Of a DNA stretch of 64,000 nucleotides, positions 24,018 to 35,800 are shown piece by piece; position 1 is the first letter of the stretch, and each line of letters opens with the position of its first letter. The notes under the pieces are model-generated. The model ran no database searches. It was not told the DNA's origin and worked only from the letters and a program-made list of their open reading frames with translations. Source of the DNA: Macrostomum hystrix (taxonomy: Eukaryota; Animalia; Platyhelminthes); NCBI GenBank assembly GCA_950097015.1, contig CATNEN010000001.1:5704001-5768000 (forward strand). The letters run 5' to 3'. Both the position numbers and the translations under genes were made by a program.

Positions 24018-25720
24018 TGTGACGAACTAAATAAACAAATTTATTTCTCCATTGGTATTCGAATACTTTTCTGGATATCAGGATCTTTGCACACGAATCC
24101 GAAAAAAGCCTCAATATTGCAGTGTCGCTGTTTCACTAGCGCACTTGACACACCCAGCATAGAGGCAGTTTTACCTATGTGTGTGAGCACACACACCATA
24201 CAGAACCGTACCCAGGCACAGGGCTGTAACCGTGCGAGCGAGTAAAGGTTACATTTTTTAGTGTGCCCGTGGGCACGCAGAATGAGCAGCGCGATGCGCA
24301 AACAGTCTGTGCGGCCATAGACAACTTTAGCCCTTCTGTCTGGGCCCGCCACACTGCTCCCCCACTGCATCACGCCGCGTGCCTAATTTTGCTAGTTGAC
24401 ATTACCGATGCGGCTTCGTGTTGGATGGGCAGGCAGGTTCCACTTTTAGTTCGGCCCATGTTCGCCAAGGGTGACCCCCTCGGGGTCGAGGTCGAGACCG
24501 GCCGGGTCAAAGATATCCGGTTGTGACCTATTAACGCCCAAGCGATCATGTCGAATACCTAAGTCCAGCAGAAAACTCTTGGTTTCTCTCTCTCTGAATT
24601 ACTCTAAATGATCCATCATAATGCATTTGCAGTGAAGTGCACGTTCAAACGAAGTCGAGAGCGGCGTGAGAAGCAGATGGACGGCTTCAATTGTGAGAAG
24701 TCGGCACTGGCCGGAATGCCTGCACGACCTTGAGCAACTGTGCCAGGAATTAGTTAGGCAGGCCATCAAACACTCACTAGATGCAAGTAGTCACAGTCGT
24801 GCCACCAGTGAAGCCTTCAGCTGTCTATGAAATTGCTCAATAATGCCGTTCGCCAGCGGGTGGAAAGCAATTGTTCGGGACCAAATTACACCTGCGATAG
24901 CCAAGTTCCATGACATCAACACCAAGGAGCAACTGGGGCAGGACCGAAGTACAACGAAAGAATCGCTGTACTTCTGCTCAGGGGCGCGTAGTGGCAGGCT
25001 GTAAAATGCGAGCGGCTGCCAGGCATTGCTTACATTGTGCTCTAATTCAACTCCGACAGTGAAATCAAATTCATCCACGGTGAGGCCGATGAGCTCGTCG
25101 GGGAGCGAGTGCTGACATGGCAGCGCCTGCCTGCGCCTCTTTAGAAACATTAATAACGGCAGTCATCAGTTCCGGTGTCCAGTAGACAAGCTTGTCTTTT
25201 TTGCCAGTGGGGCTGCTTAGATGGGGCGCAAACCAGGGGTAGAAGATGAAAATTCCCCATGCCAGCGAACCCCAGCAGGCCCTTGACGGTTGGGTTGGCG
25301 ATTTCGCCCCGGCCAAAATGGCACTTTGCCGAATTGATGAGGAGGCCGCTGCCATTCTTATCGCATTATCGTGGGGCTGGAATGGTGTTCGCAAGTGCAC
25401 CAGGTGCTGCTGTCGTTGCTGCGAAAAAGAAATCCAGATTCCGGCAGATAATGTCAAGTGTGCGCTGAAAAACCTGGACCTTGGTTTTTAAACCAAACGA
25501 CATTCGCAGGAATTCGAAAAGACCAAATGGGGTCTTTCGAGGCGTGTCTGCAGCCGTCTCTGGAAAAATCATGAGAAATCATGAGAAATCATGTATGTGA
25601 ATTACTGGTGACGGTCGAGAGCAGTGTTGTTGAGCCGTCTCAAATCACCTCGGCGTCGCCCGAGGTCCAGAGCTTCATGTGAAGCGGCGGAGAACCAAAA
25701 CCTCCAGCAGCAGATAACCA
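24018..25720 (-). mobile_element. Heavily deleted Gypsy LTR retrotransposon relic with 3' LTR
   Basis: RT fragment TPFGLFEFLRMSFGL, integrase fragment AFHPLANGIIEQFHRQLKASL, PPT GGGGGAGCAG (24363-24354), then LTR TGTGGCG..CGTCACA (24353-24018) with AATAAA. Confidence 0.85.
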
Positions 25721-25944
25721 ATGTCCCCCAGCAGCAATTAACCAATGTCCTCCCAGCAGCAGAGAACTAATGCCCCTCCAGCAGCAGAGAACCAACAGTC
25801 TTTGTGGCCATAGATAACTTTAGTCTTTCCGTCTCGGGCGAACACATCATTCTCAATCTGCCTAAAAGGTTGCCTTGGCCCTGATTAAGGGCGCAAATTA
25901 CATGACAAGCCTGCATGGTAGCTACTCTATGCGGCTGCAACTGA

Positions 25945-26602
25945 GGGAGCCCCTTTACCTTTCTCACATTTCATATATACGAGTATTTCACATTTTTAGG
26001 ACAATAGTATATATTCATAGTGCATGATTTGTGTCTGAAATGATCATACTAATGCGTTACACCAGCACAAATTTTGAGCCGACAGCGCAGTCGCAGCTAT
26101 CGTGCAGTGCATATGAAAGCTTGGTATGAGCTCAGTCCATGGACTTGGGGGAAAAACAGCCACCCTTAATTACCCTAGCTGATGTTGTTACCGATTTAGC
26201 AGGTGGGTAAACTAAAGCAATGCAGAGTTAAGTGTCTTGCTAACGGGCTCTGATTGTTCCAGTGGAGTCGAGAATCGAACTTCCGACCTTTATGTCGTAA
26301 GTCCGAGTCGTGAGTCTGTGACTAACTGAACATTTTTCCGTGTAGATGACTTGAAACCGACCAGCCGGTTCATGCAGTCGAGCCGCAGCGTGATCGAGCC
26401 GGCCAGTGCGGCAGTGAGGCTGGCCGGTCCGCTCTACCGAACAGTCGCAGCCCGCAGCCGAATCGTGTGCAGCAGCCTGTGCAGAGCTGGTTGCCAGGCT
26501 GTGCTGTTCAATCCGCAGCAGCGGCTGTGTCACCTGCTGCGTCTGACGGTCATCGCTGGAGACCTCCTCGCTGAACAGGGCCTGTTCTTCGTTCGCTTCT
26601 AA
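25945..26602 (+). pseudogene. WSC-PAN copy 4: intron and PAN exon only
   Basis: Near-copy of 10716-11348; acceptor at 26344-26345, exon 26346-26602 open. No WSC exon or donor GT upstream. Confidence 0.8.
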
Positions 26603-28079
26603 ATACTCAGTAAAATATTTTGCAAACAGAGAATTTAAATAACTCAAAAAGGATAAGTTCAATAAAATGCAGAAAGCATCGGATATTACAGAAAGCATCG
26701 TAGAAGCGATCATTTGTCTGTGTTAGTGTCGCTAAAAGAGAGCAAAGGTACGGGTTCAACGTGTCTCAAATCCAAAATTCGTCTCACTGAGGGAATATGT
26801 TCATTGTGCGAAGCCATGTCGAAATTCTTTCGAGATTTGTATTATCGTATATTTTATTTAGTTAACAGCTGAAAATGATATAATTGCAAGTGTTACTAAA
26901 AGGCTGCCCGGAATATTTTGTATGCACAACAAACCATTAAGCATGTAGTGCTAAGGACTATCTACTGATAAAATGGGCTTCTCGAGGGAATATTTCACTT
27001 TATTAACATCTTTTAGTACCAAAAGTAAAAAATTAGTAGCAGAGTGGCACTGGCCACACATGTCAGACTTTTTATTCTGTATGTTGATATATCACATTGT
27101 TAGGCAGCAGAGTCGAAGCTAGCGTTCATGCTGTGAATTTATCTGTCAGAAACGTTGAGACTAGATTGTATAGAATTTATCAAACGAAAAATGTAGATGA
27201 GAACTACGAGTATACTTATTAGCTCGACCGCTAGGTGTAGAAAACATTCTCGTCGAAAAAAACTGACGAGAAATCGAAAAATAAGTGCTTGATAAGCACT
27301 TAAGTAAACAAAACAGGAACAAACATGCAGGTAAATGCAAGAATTTTAGAATAGCAAGTATTGCATCAGCGAAAACAGCTTCCATGCAAATATATATATA
27401 TATATCTTCAAAAACTTCTTCAACGTCATGTTGCTTCGTTTGGTTTTGACAATGTGACGTGCAGCATATATTGGAGCCAGTTTTTTTTATCGATTTCCAG
27501 TTTCATAAGAGACTCTTTTTGAAACGCTTCTATCATAGTATAACCAAGATGCACTTTATTATAGTAAAAGCACTGTATTTTCTACAAAACATTCTCGGTG
27601 TTGCTTTACTTTCGCCAGATATCTACCTTTAAGTATAGCTATCGTATTAAAAAAAGTCCGTTTTAAACAGATTTTTAAAGTCAGTTAGCACTTTTTTCTT
27701 CCAATTTTAGAAAAGCAGTTTTTTAGTCGAGCAACAAGACCACGACCACCTGTTCATGGTGCATTGCCCTGCATCTGCTTTCGAGTGTGGTCATCCGAAA
27801 CACTGAGCTGGAAACCGAAATTGTAGTTTGCATATATATGCTCTAGATGAGCGACGAAAGTAGTCACAAGCGTATAATATGGTTTTCAGAATAATTTTGG
27901 TTGCTTTTTAACCTTCGCAGCATGCAGTTGTTGCAACTTTCACTGTCAAAATTTTCTAAACGCAAATTTGAAAGCTCTGCACGATTAGTGAGCGGTGTGG
28001 ATGATTTCAACTATAAAGCTTACAAGCTCGTAATTATTCATTTGCGATATTGCTTGCTGTACGCTCGTGCTCTGAGTGA

Positions 28080-28415
28080 CCGTCGACATCGAAACCCGAC
28101 ATCGAGACGGGCAACGGTGCTTCCGCGCTGTCAGCGGTTCGTCTACCTGAGTGATCTATTGTACCTGACGTCCGCCTTAGGCCGATTCTTTGGGCCGGTC
28201 CTGCAGTCCTATAGGCCGTACTAGATCGCCTGTGGGCGGCGCTGTTCCCGGCGGTGGTCGAGACCTGGACAATGCAGACTCACTCGAATAGCAAGTAACC
28301 CGCTGAATGCTGGCTACGACGCACCGCCTTTAAGATCACCGACGAGCGAGTCACTAACGTGGCACTCTTTCGCCGCACCGGCCTGACCCGCCTAAGTGAC
28401 ATCATGCATCCGCTT
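28080..28415 (+). mobile_element. Decayed RTE-like LINE fragment
   Basis: LPRCQRFVYL and RTAFKITDERVTNVALFRRTGLTRLSDI resemble the post-RT region of RTE-clade ORFs. Confidence 0.55.
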
Positions 28416-29754
28416 CGAGTCCTAGCCATGCAGTGTAAGAGGTGCTGCTGCTCACGCTTAATTCGAATCTCAACCGGATGGTGACAATTTGTGTCCTTGA
28501 GCCCAGGTACCACTTTTTGCATCTTTTGTCTATCACAAGCAGCTATGTACCTGAGCTTGAGTCGCGCTCCGCCACATTCATTAGGAGTGCAGCCCCGGAT
28601 ACAATTGGATTGAATGCTTGTCGTTCAGTCTACGCCTTTGGGACCAACCTCCAAGGTATATTGAGACTACTGAGTACAGTTTCTATGCGCGTGTGCTCAA
28701 GAGTCAGCGGAATGGGCACTATTCTGCATGGGTCTTCGAAGTCCCATGGGAGCCGCACTGTGCATCCGCATGGTCCCAAAGCAGAACCTCGGCTCCTGCC
28801 TATTTGCTGATCTGGTGTACGGAACACCTCAAACAGAACCTGTAGGGGGTACTTGTATGTACACTAGCACAATGTGGCCTGCTTACATATAAATTTAAAC
28901 TGAATTTACACAATTTACTTGGTAAATTTTGCCAGCTTTTTGAGCAAAAGGCACAAACACAAGTTTCATCAAAACCACTTTCAATTTTAAAACAAGCTTG
29001 AAACAGAAATGTATTTTTATGTTTGTTTTAGTTTACAGTAAACGACAATATACTATACCTTTCAGCTTATCCGCACGCACAATGTACATTTACCATGATA
29101 CACCGAATGAAAGTGAGTATTTTTATTTCCAATAATTAACCGTAAAATAATACTTCGGGTTAGTCAAGCTGTTGAATCGCCACAAAATTGCTACTTATTT
29201 TCACAACCGAATTCGCAAACTGAAAAGAGCCCAGCTATAAACTGACAGATAAAAAATTTACGGTACAGGACGAGGAGAAACAGAGCATTGTATATATAAA
29301 TTAACTTTGCGTATAAAACTTGCATGACGATGCATCGAAATCGAATATTTTATAGACAATTCATTTAAAATAAAAATCTAAGACAGATTGCCTGCAATGC
29401 AGACTTATTGTGAAGACAAAGACTGAACAGCAAGAATAAGCGAATGAAAAGTTTGAGGAAAAAATCCTATTGAATGTAAAGATAGTAAAAAAAGCAAAAA
29501 TAATTATAATAGGATGGCTTTACGAAAATTTGGCACTGAAGTAAATAAAAAGTTCAGAATATAAATTAAAAAAGAGAAGCAAGAAATCAAAGCAGATAAG
29601 TGAGAAAAATTAACTGAAGAATTGAGTTCGTTTAGGAACGGCGCGTACACAATAAGAACAAAAAAAGAATAAAAGTGTAATTACTTTATTCGCAGACGCA
29701 CACTTAGGAAAACACATACCATAATGCACGTGTTTTCTGATAGCCCAGACATCG

Positions 29755-32015
29755 TCAATTATGCCACGCAGTCACATAGCCACTCCATGGTTGTTGAGGG
29801 GCCAGAAATATTCTTCGACCGTGTTTGAATACGGACACGACTCCTTTATAGCCGCACCTAGGCACGCCGTGCTTGAAGTCAGTCATAATGCCTAAAGCTT
29901 TAGCAACTGCTATAAATGAATTCTTTGAATTATATTGAATGCGAACCGATGAAGTGTCATCGAAGCCGATAGTTGACACAGTAGTACCACCATTCAGTGG
30001 CAGTACAGGTACCATCACAATGCTCAGCGCTTCACTTACTGACTGAGCCAAGGGAAGTCTGTAAAGCACGTTAAAGTATTGTAACAATTTTCAAATACAG
30101 ATTTCTAGGCCGAACACAATGTTATAAGTAGCTCACCCATAAACCAACTCAATGAATTTTTCATCGTACTGCGCTTCCATCAGATGATCGACTCCCATTC
30201 GGGTATAATTAACATTGGTTGAATTGTACAACATAATGTGCTTCAGAAAGCGATCAAAATGTTGGCCATGACTGACGCCAACCCGACCGAATGTGTAGCT
30301 TCGAGACACTTCCGGCCGAATGCAGACACGTCCCTTGCGAATGCTCGGCTTTCTAAGATGATCGTCCCAGTAAGCGGCTGGCCATTGGGGGCGAAGCTCC
30401 AGCCACAGTTTACGCGTTAGCATCCATCCAAGGCCGGGGAAAAAGTCGGTGCGATGAAACAAGTCTGGCCTGCGGGCGTCAATCAAATCTGGCTTCCCGT
30501 TGTCATTCCAGGCTGAGATGCACCACACAGTGGGGTCTGTTGTCAGCAGCGGACTTAGATGCCGAAAATAGGCGTAAAAGTCTGGCGATATATCCAAGTC
30601 ATCCTCAACAACTATCGCCAGCTCGTATTTTAACTGAACGAAAACCTAAAAAGTTATTAAAAAAAATTTTACACCTTTATTTTGCTTTTTAAGTGGTACT
30701 CGAAACGCAGTGATTGGAGCTTCTGATATCTGAATGAGTAACAGTGAGTTGGAATTTCATCACAAAGGGAAACTTTTTGTCCTTGCACGAGCAAGAAGCT
30801 TGATTACCGATTGCTTTGGTATCGGAATCGGTATTCGATAGCTCGTGTGTTATGTCTTCTTCTTCTGTTTCAACGATGATTACTGCCTCAAGGCTATCAT
30901 CGGACATCAAAGTCTAAGGCGAAGAAGCTTGTTTATTGTACCGCAGTTCACGGCCTATAACTGCCTCTAGCGAGCGCACGCCAAGCACTTGCTTTTCGTG
31001 CTACAGATATTCGTCGGCTCTTAAAGAAATAAAAGATCCTACCCTAGACAATAGACATGCAGGAGGAAACTCAAGTGCATTAGTAAAAGTCCATCTGGTA
31101 TTTTGTCTATACATAACATCGTGCTATCACCCAGCTTGGGCAGATATTTGGGAAGGTGTGACGACACTGCCCCCTCCTCAGTCTAGACACTAAACAGCTG
31201 TAAACACGCCACGAAACAGTGGAAAATGCCCGTGTTATAAACTGTAGATCTGTCAAAATTGTCTGAAGACCTGACATTTCTATTTATCGTGGATGTACAT
31301 GTCAACAACGTCAACGCACCTGATCCAAGGCCCATCGAAAGTGCCTGGAAATGTAATAATATCCAACGAGACGTCGCTCCCGAGGTGGCGTTTTAATCGG
31401 CTTTTGATCGGGCTGATACAGGATAGCTTTTAACTGGCTAGAGAACCCAGAGACCACATACTTCGTGGCTAAATTGTTACAGTCTAGAGACACCAGAATA
31501 GGAAAGTCGAGCTCCCACTCCTTTGGACGATACTTAAGCAGCCGAGCTAGGCTACGTCTCACGGCCTGTGGTCGGTTGCAGGCCAGCAACAGCACAGCAA
31601 CATGGCTCGAATTCGAAGGGTAGACAATAGCTGAATTTTGTCTGAATATAAAAAGTAAAAAAAATTATTTATATTAAACAGATTATGTTAATACCTCTTA
31701 CTTAGGTTTTTAATTCTTATATTTTTGCTAACACATTTTTGGGTTTTACTTTTAGTAGTAAAACAAAGTCTCAACCACTTTAAATTTACATTTTCTAAAT
31801 AGAGAATAATGAGTAAAATAGAATTAAACACAATAAAGAACTTACCTGATATTTAAGCTCTGTGGATTATTTTCTTGAATTTGCAGTTCTGCAGGTCTTG
31901 CAGATCTAATTCCTTCTCTATGACTAACAAAAATGAGGTAAACTGTAAGTATGACCCAGGTAAGAAGACCAGTTACAAATAGTCGTTTTGAATAGAAATT
32001 TAGTCTTAGGGCCAT
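29755..32015 (-). CDS. MGAT1: Alpha-1,3-mannosyl-glycoprotein 2-beta-N-acetylglucosaminyltransferase (GnT-I, GT13), ~434 aa
   Basis: Exons 32015-31846, 31641-31320, 30645-30137 and 30058-29755 with consistent phases. N-terminal TM, ACNRP, VEDDLDISPDF, WCISAWNDNG, RTDFFPGLGW, IRPEVSRSYTFG, GVPR.GY.G. Confidence 0.95.
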
Positions 32016-34249
32016 TGCACACTCACAAAACAGATTCTTGGAGTTACAGATTAGCTAGGACATGTCTGAAAGAAAACTGCAACAGTAGTAACAAAGAAAT
32101 ATTTTTAAATAAGACTAACAATATAGATAATAGCCAATCAAAAAGTTTAAATATAATAACACAATTACAAAAACTATGTTGTAAATGCAAGAGCATATTT
32201 TGTTATAATTTATTTTTTTTATTAATATTAGCATTACATTATCTTATTTATCTGTAGCATCATTTACTTATAAAACAAATCTAACAACAAGCTGAACAAG
32301 AATTCAACTGATACAAAAATAGTTCATTTATATAAGCCTAAATACAAACAGATTTTTAATATACTTTTTGAAACTAAAGACTGAAACTGCTCTTTACTAT
32401 ATATTTATTTTTATAAATTAGAAACTAATTTACTGCTAGTGCTAGGTAGACCAAGCCTAGTGACCCTATCTAGTCTTAAAACAGAACAGAAAATGACAAT
32501 GATGACATGGGCATTAATCATAACAGTGAAATAAGTAATCATACTAAAAGTTGCCTAAAAAGACATTTATTATTTTGTTTTATTAAGCTGAAAGCAAAGG
32601 CAAAAAAACACACTATGACCTGCCATATTTGGCAACGCAGCAAACTAAAAAATTATAATAGGCCTATCAAAATGCAAGACATAGGCCTATCAATTTATAA
32701 CTTCACTTCAATAAAGCCTATAGTATTTGCTGCTACTGATCTTACAAACAAAAAGAACAATAACTTGCTGATAATATTAGAAATTTTTTTGCTTGTTGTA
32801 CTACCTACTAACTCGATCGAGAAAGTCTTTACTTCTATATCTAATGTGATATTTCATTTTAAAATTAAAACTTATACTAAATATTAACTGCAAATACTGA
32901 ATCGTGAAATACCGTGACAGCGTGAAGTAAAAAGGTTTTAGAGTTTTTTAATGTACATATTTTTCATTATTGACCATCCAGACAGAACAGCAGAACACTC
33001 GTCACTCGTTGGTTAAGTACGGTACGATAGTATATAACCTACGTGTACCGGGTACCAATTTATATAGAACTTAAATTCGTGCCAAATTAATTTCACTCTA
33101 TATTTAATTAAATTAGTCGGATGGACAGAAAAAAAGTTATCAATCATTTACTAGAGAACCAACGAAATTGGCAATAAGATTTTAGCGCAAAACAAAACGT
33201 TTAAGCTAACGAGCAAACAGCTCAGCTAATAATTTCATAGTTAAAACTCTCACCACGATAATATAAATTCGTACTATAATAACCAAACTAGAATAGGCCA
33301 CCTGTAAGCTGAGAAATGTAGGTAGTTTATTCACATCACTGATTTAGAGAGCAAAAGAGCCTATGCTAAAGGGAACTAAAATATTAACCGGAACTTTGTT
33401 GGAACAATGGCCGCAACACTCGATTTAAATAGTTCCGAAATAGACGTCACCTCAGGAAGCATGAGCAAACAATTCTGCCTTTTCTTCATATTAAAGACTT
33501 CGAAAAATCTAAGTATACGTATATTACAAATAAGCCAACAAATCAATCGACTTACGAAAGGGTAGAAATCCCAAGGAACACTAAAGAAGTAGGCCAACTA
33601 ATTGTGGTCCAATATAATGGTAGCTGTTGCTACGAAAAGCAATAAAATTAACCGAAATTAGAAATTATTTCTAAAGATTTATCATAATTAATGGCATAAG
33701 AAAATTAGAAGTAAACATTAAATTCAAATTGCCACATTATTTTACTGCACCAAGTCAATGCAGCACCATGATAAAAACTTTGTGATAAAGGAACAGAATC
33801 CATTATTAACTATTACATGTAAGCCTAAAAATTGATATCAAAGTCAGCTTTAGATCCTTCCTCTCGCTCACTTATTCAAACGATCTGACAGGAGTCTTGC
33901 TTTTCGTGAACTACAGGTTTATGTTAGACCAGAAAGGAAACAAATCAAGTCCAGACAAAGGCCGGGAATATCGATAAATTAGAATCCACCAGAATTTAGG
34001 ATTCGATTATACGAGCTAGAACTAACTGGGAAATCTATATATACTCGTACGCCCATAATAAAATGATTTAGGTGCCACTTATAACTTCGAATTTTTAAAC
34101 TCCACAAAGTTTTATAACAGACAGTGGGAACAGAGGACGAGACTCAGGTACATGGTTCAATTCGGTCACAAGGGGAGAGGTCGGGCTGGCGGTCAGTCGT
34201 AGAGTCGAGGAGATTCGAGTTCTCATTATAGCAAGTGCAAGCAAGTGCA

Positions 34250-34668
34250 CATCATAACTATAATAGTTAATAGTTGCAGGTGGGCTGCTGAAAATGGCAC
34301 ATCATTGGTGACATAGACAAGCAGCCAGCAAAGAGGTGATGTCTGACCATTTCGCTTACTCCCGAGTATACGCACACAGATACTGTACGCAGGCATACGC
34401 TCACACAGGTGTGTACACAAGGACAACTGAAGTTACGTTATATATGATGGACTACTTCAGTTGTCCTTGTGTGTACATCTGCCCGGACTTTCTCATCGTC
34501 AAGCAGTGTACACTTCACTGTGCCTTGGAGGTTGGCTCTCAAGGGCGTACATTACAAGACAAGCCCTCCGCGCGGCTGCACCCCAAATGGTGTGGCCTCG
34601 CCGTGGAATCGAGCTCAAGGACCTTGGTCCGAGAGGCTGACGCATTAGACCGCTATGCCACCGCCGCT
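34250..34668 (-). mobile_element. tRNA-derived SINE, family B
   Basis: Same head, body and AT-rich tail as the copies at 51.6 and 55.9 kb. Confidence 0.8.
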
Positions 34669-34883
34669 GGAAGAAGAAGAGGATTATTTAAATAAATATA
34701 GTAATTAACACCAAATATAATTAAGACTTAGAAATCTGAAGGGAATTCAAGAGAGCTCTAGGATAAAACTGGTCTAAAAATAGCAACAGCAGAGAGGGCA
34801 AGCAACTGTGAAAAGAAAGATTAGACTAAGAGTCGCCCTGAGATCACTTAATCATTTCAGCACGAACCCGGTTCGGCATGACA

Positions 34884-35030
34884 GCAGCTGTGCCGACGTG
34901 GAGCTGCCTGAAACAGGACCCGCAGCTGTGCTGACGTGGAACGGCCCGAGACCGGACCTGCAGCTGCGCTGACGTGGAGCTGCCGGAATCAACCCAGCCT
35001 GTCCCGACCCGCAGCTGCCTGCATCGACCC
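34884..35030. repeat. Degenerate 38 bp GC-rich tandem repeat
   Basis: GCAGCTG at 34884, 34922, 34960 and 35011; the first three are followed by GACGTGG. Confidence 0.7.
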
Positions 35031-35654
35031 AACCCAGTGGAAACTGGAGCCGCCCGGACCCGATCGGGAACGAGATTTGGAGGAGGCCGGGACCGCACAA
35101 GAAGACTGGATCGATGAAAGAAAAGGGGTTGGCGTGCCTGCCAACCAACTAGCTAATGACAATAACTGTACTAGACTCGAGGCTGCGACCTCACTCACCT
35201 CAAACTCTCAAGCGTACTGTTGCTATGGTATTGTCTCCCCCTCGGATCGAGGGGTTTTAAAGACACTATATATATCGGAGCGGAGCGCGGAAAAAGATTC
35301 GCCCCGCGAGTGTTAGAGAATTAGCTTTGAGCTCCGTTAAGTTTGCCAATTAGAAAATGAACTGTGTTTGTGTTTTTTCTTGATCTGATCCCGAGGTAAG
35401 AACTCGAACGAGATCACACCAGTCAGCCAAGATACTGAGAGCGATAGTCGTTAGGAGTTATAGCCTTCAAGACATCTAGACTGCAACCAATCGCTAGACT
35501 ACATATAGGAAATACTAAAACAGAAACCAAAACTTAAAGCGCTATACCAAACATTATGAACCAGGCTACATTAAAAGATCAGTAATTAAAGGGGTATAGA
35601 AAACTGCAGGTTGTTATAAACGGTATTATGTATACAAAGGAACAAGGGAGCAAA

Positions 35655-35800
35655 GTCCGGGATTCGGATCCCGATTTCACTGGAACAACTTGTGTCCTTA
35701 GCAAGACACTTCACTCTGCATTACTTCAGTTCATCCAGCTGTTAGATGGGTTCCAGCGTTTGCTTTGGTAATTGAGGGTATATGTGTGGCTTCCCCCCAA
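35655..35800 (+). mobile_element. SINE family A remnant
   Basis: TTGTGTCCTTAGCAAGACACTTCACTCTGCATT...CAGCTGTTAGATGGG. Fainter copies lie at ~40195-40385 and ~55150-55265 (-). Confidence 0.65.
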
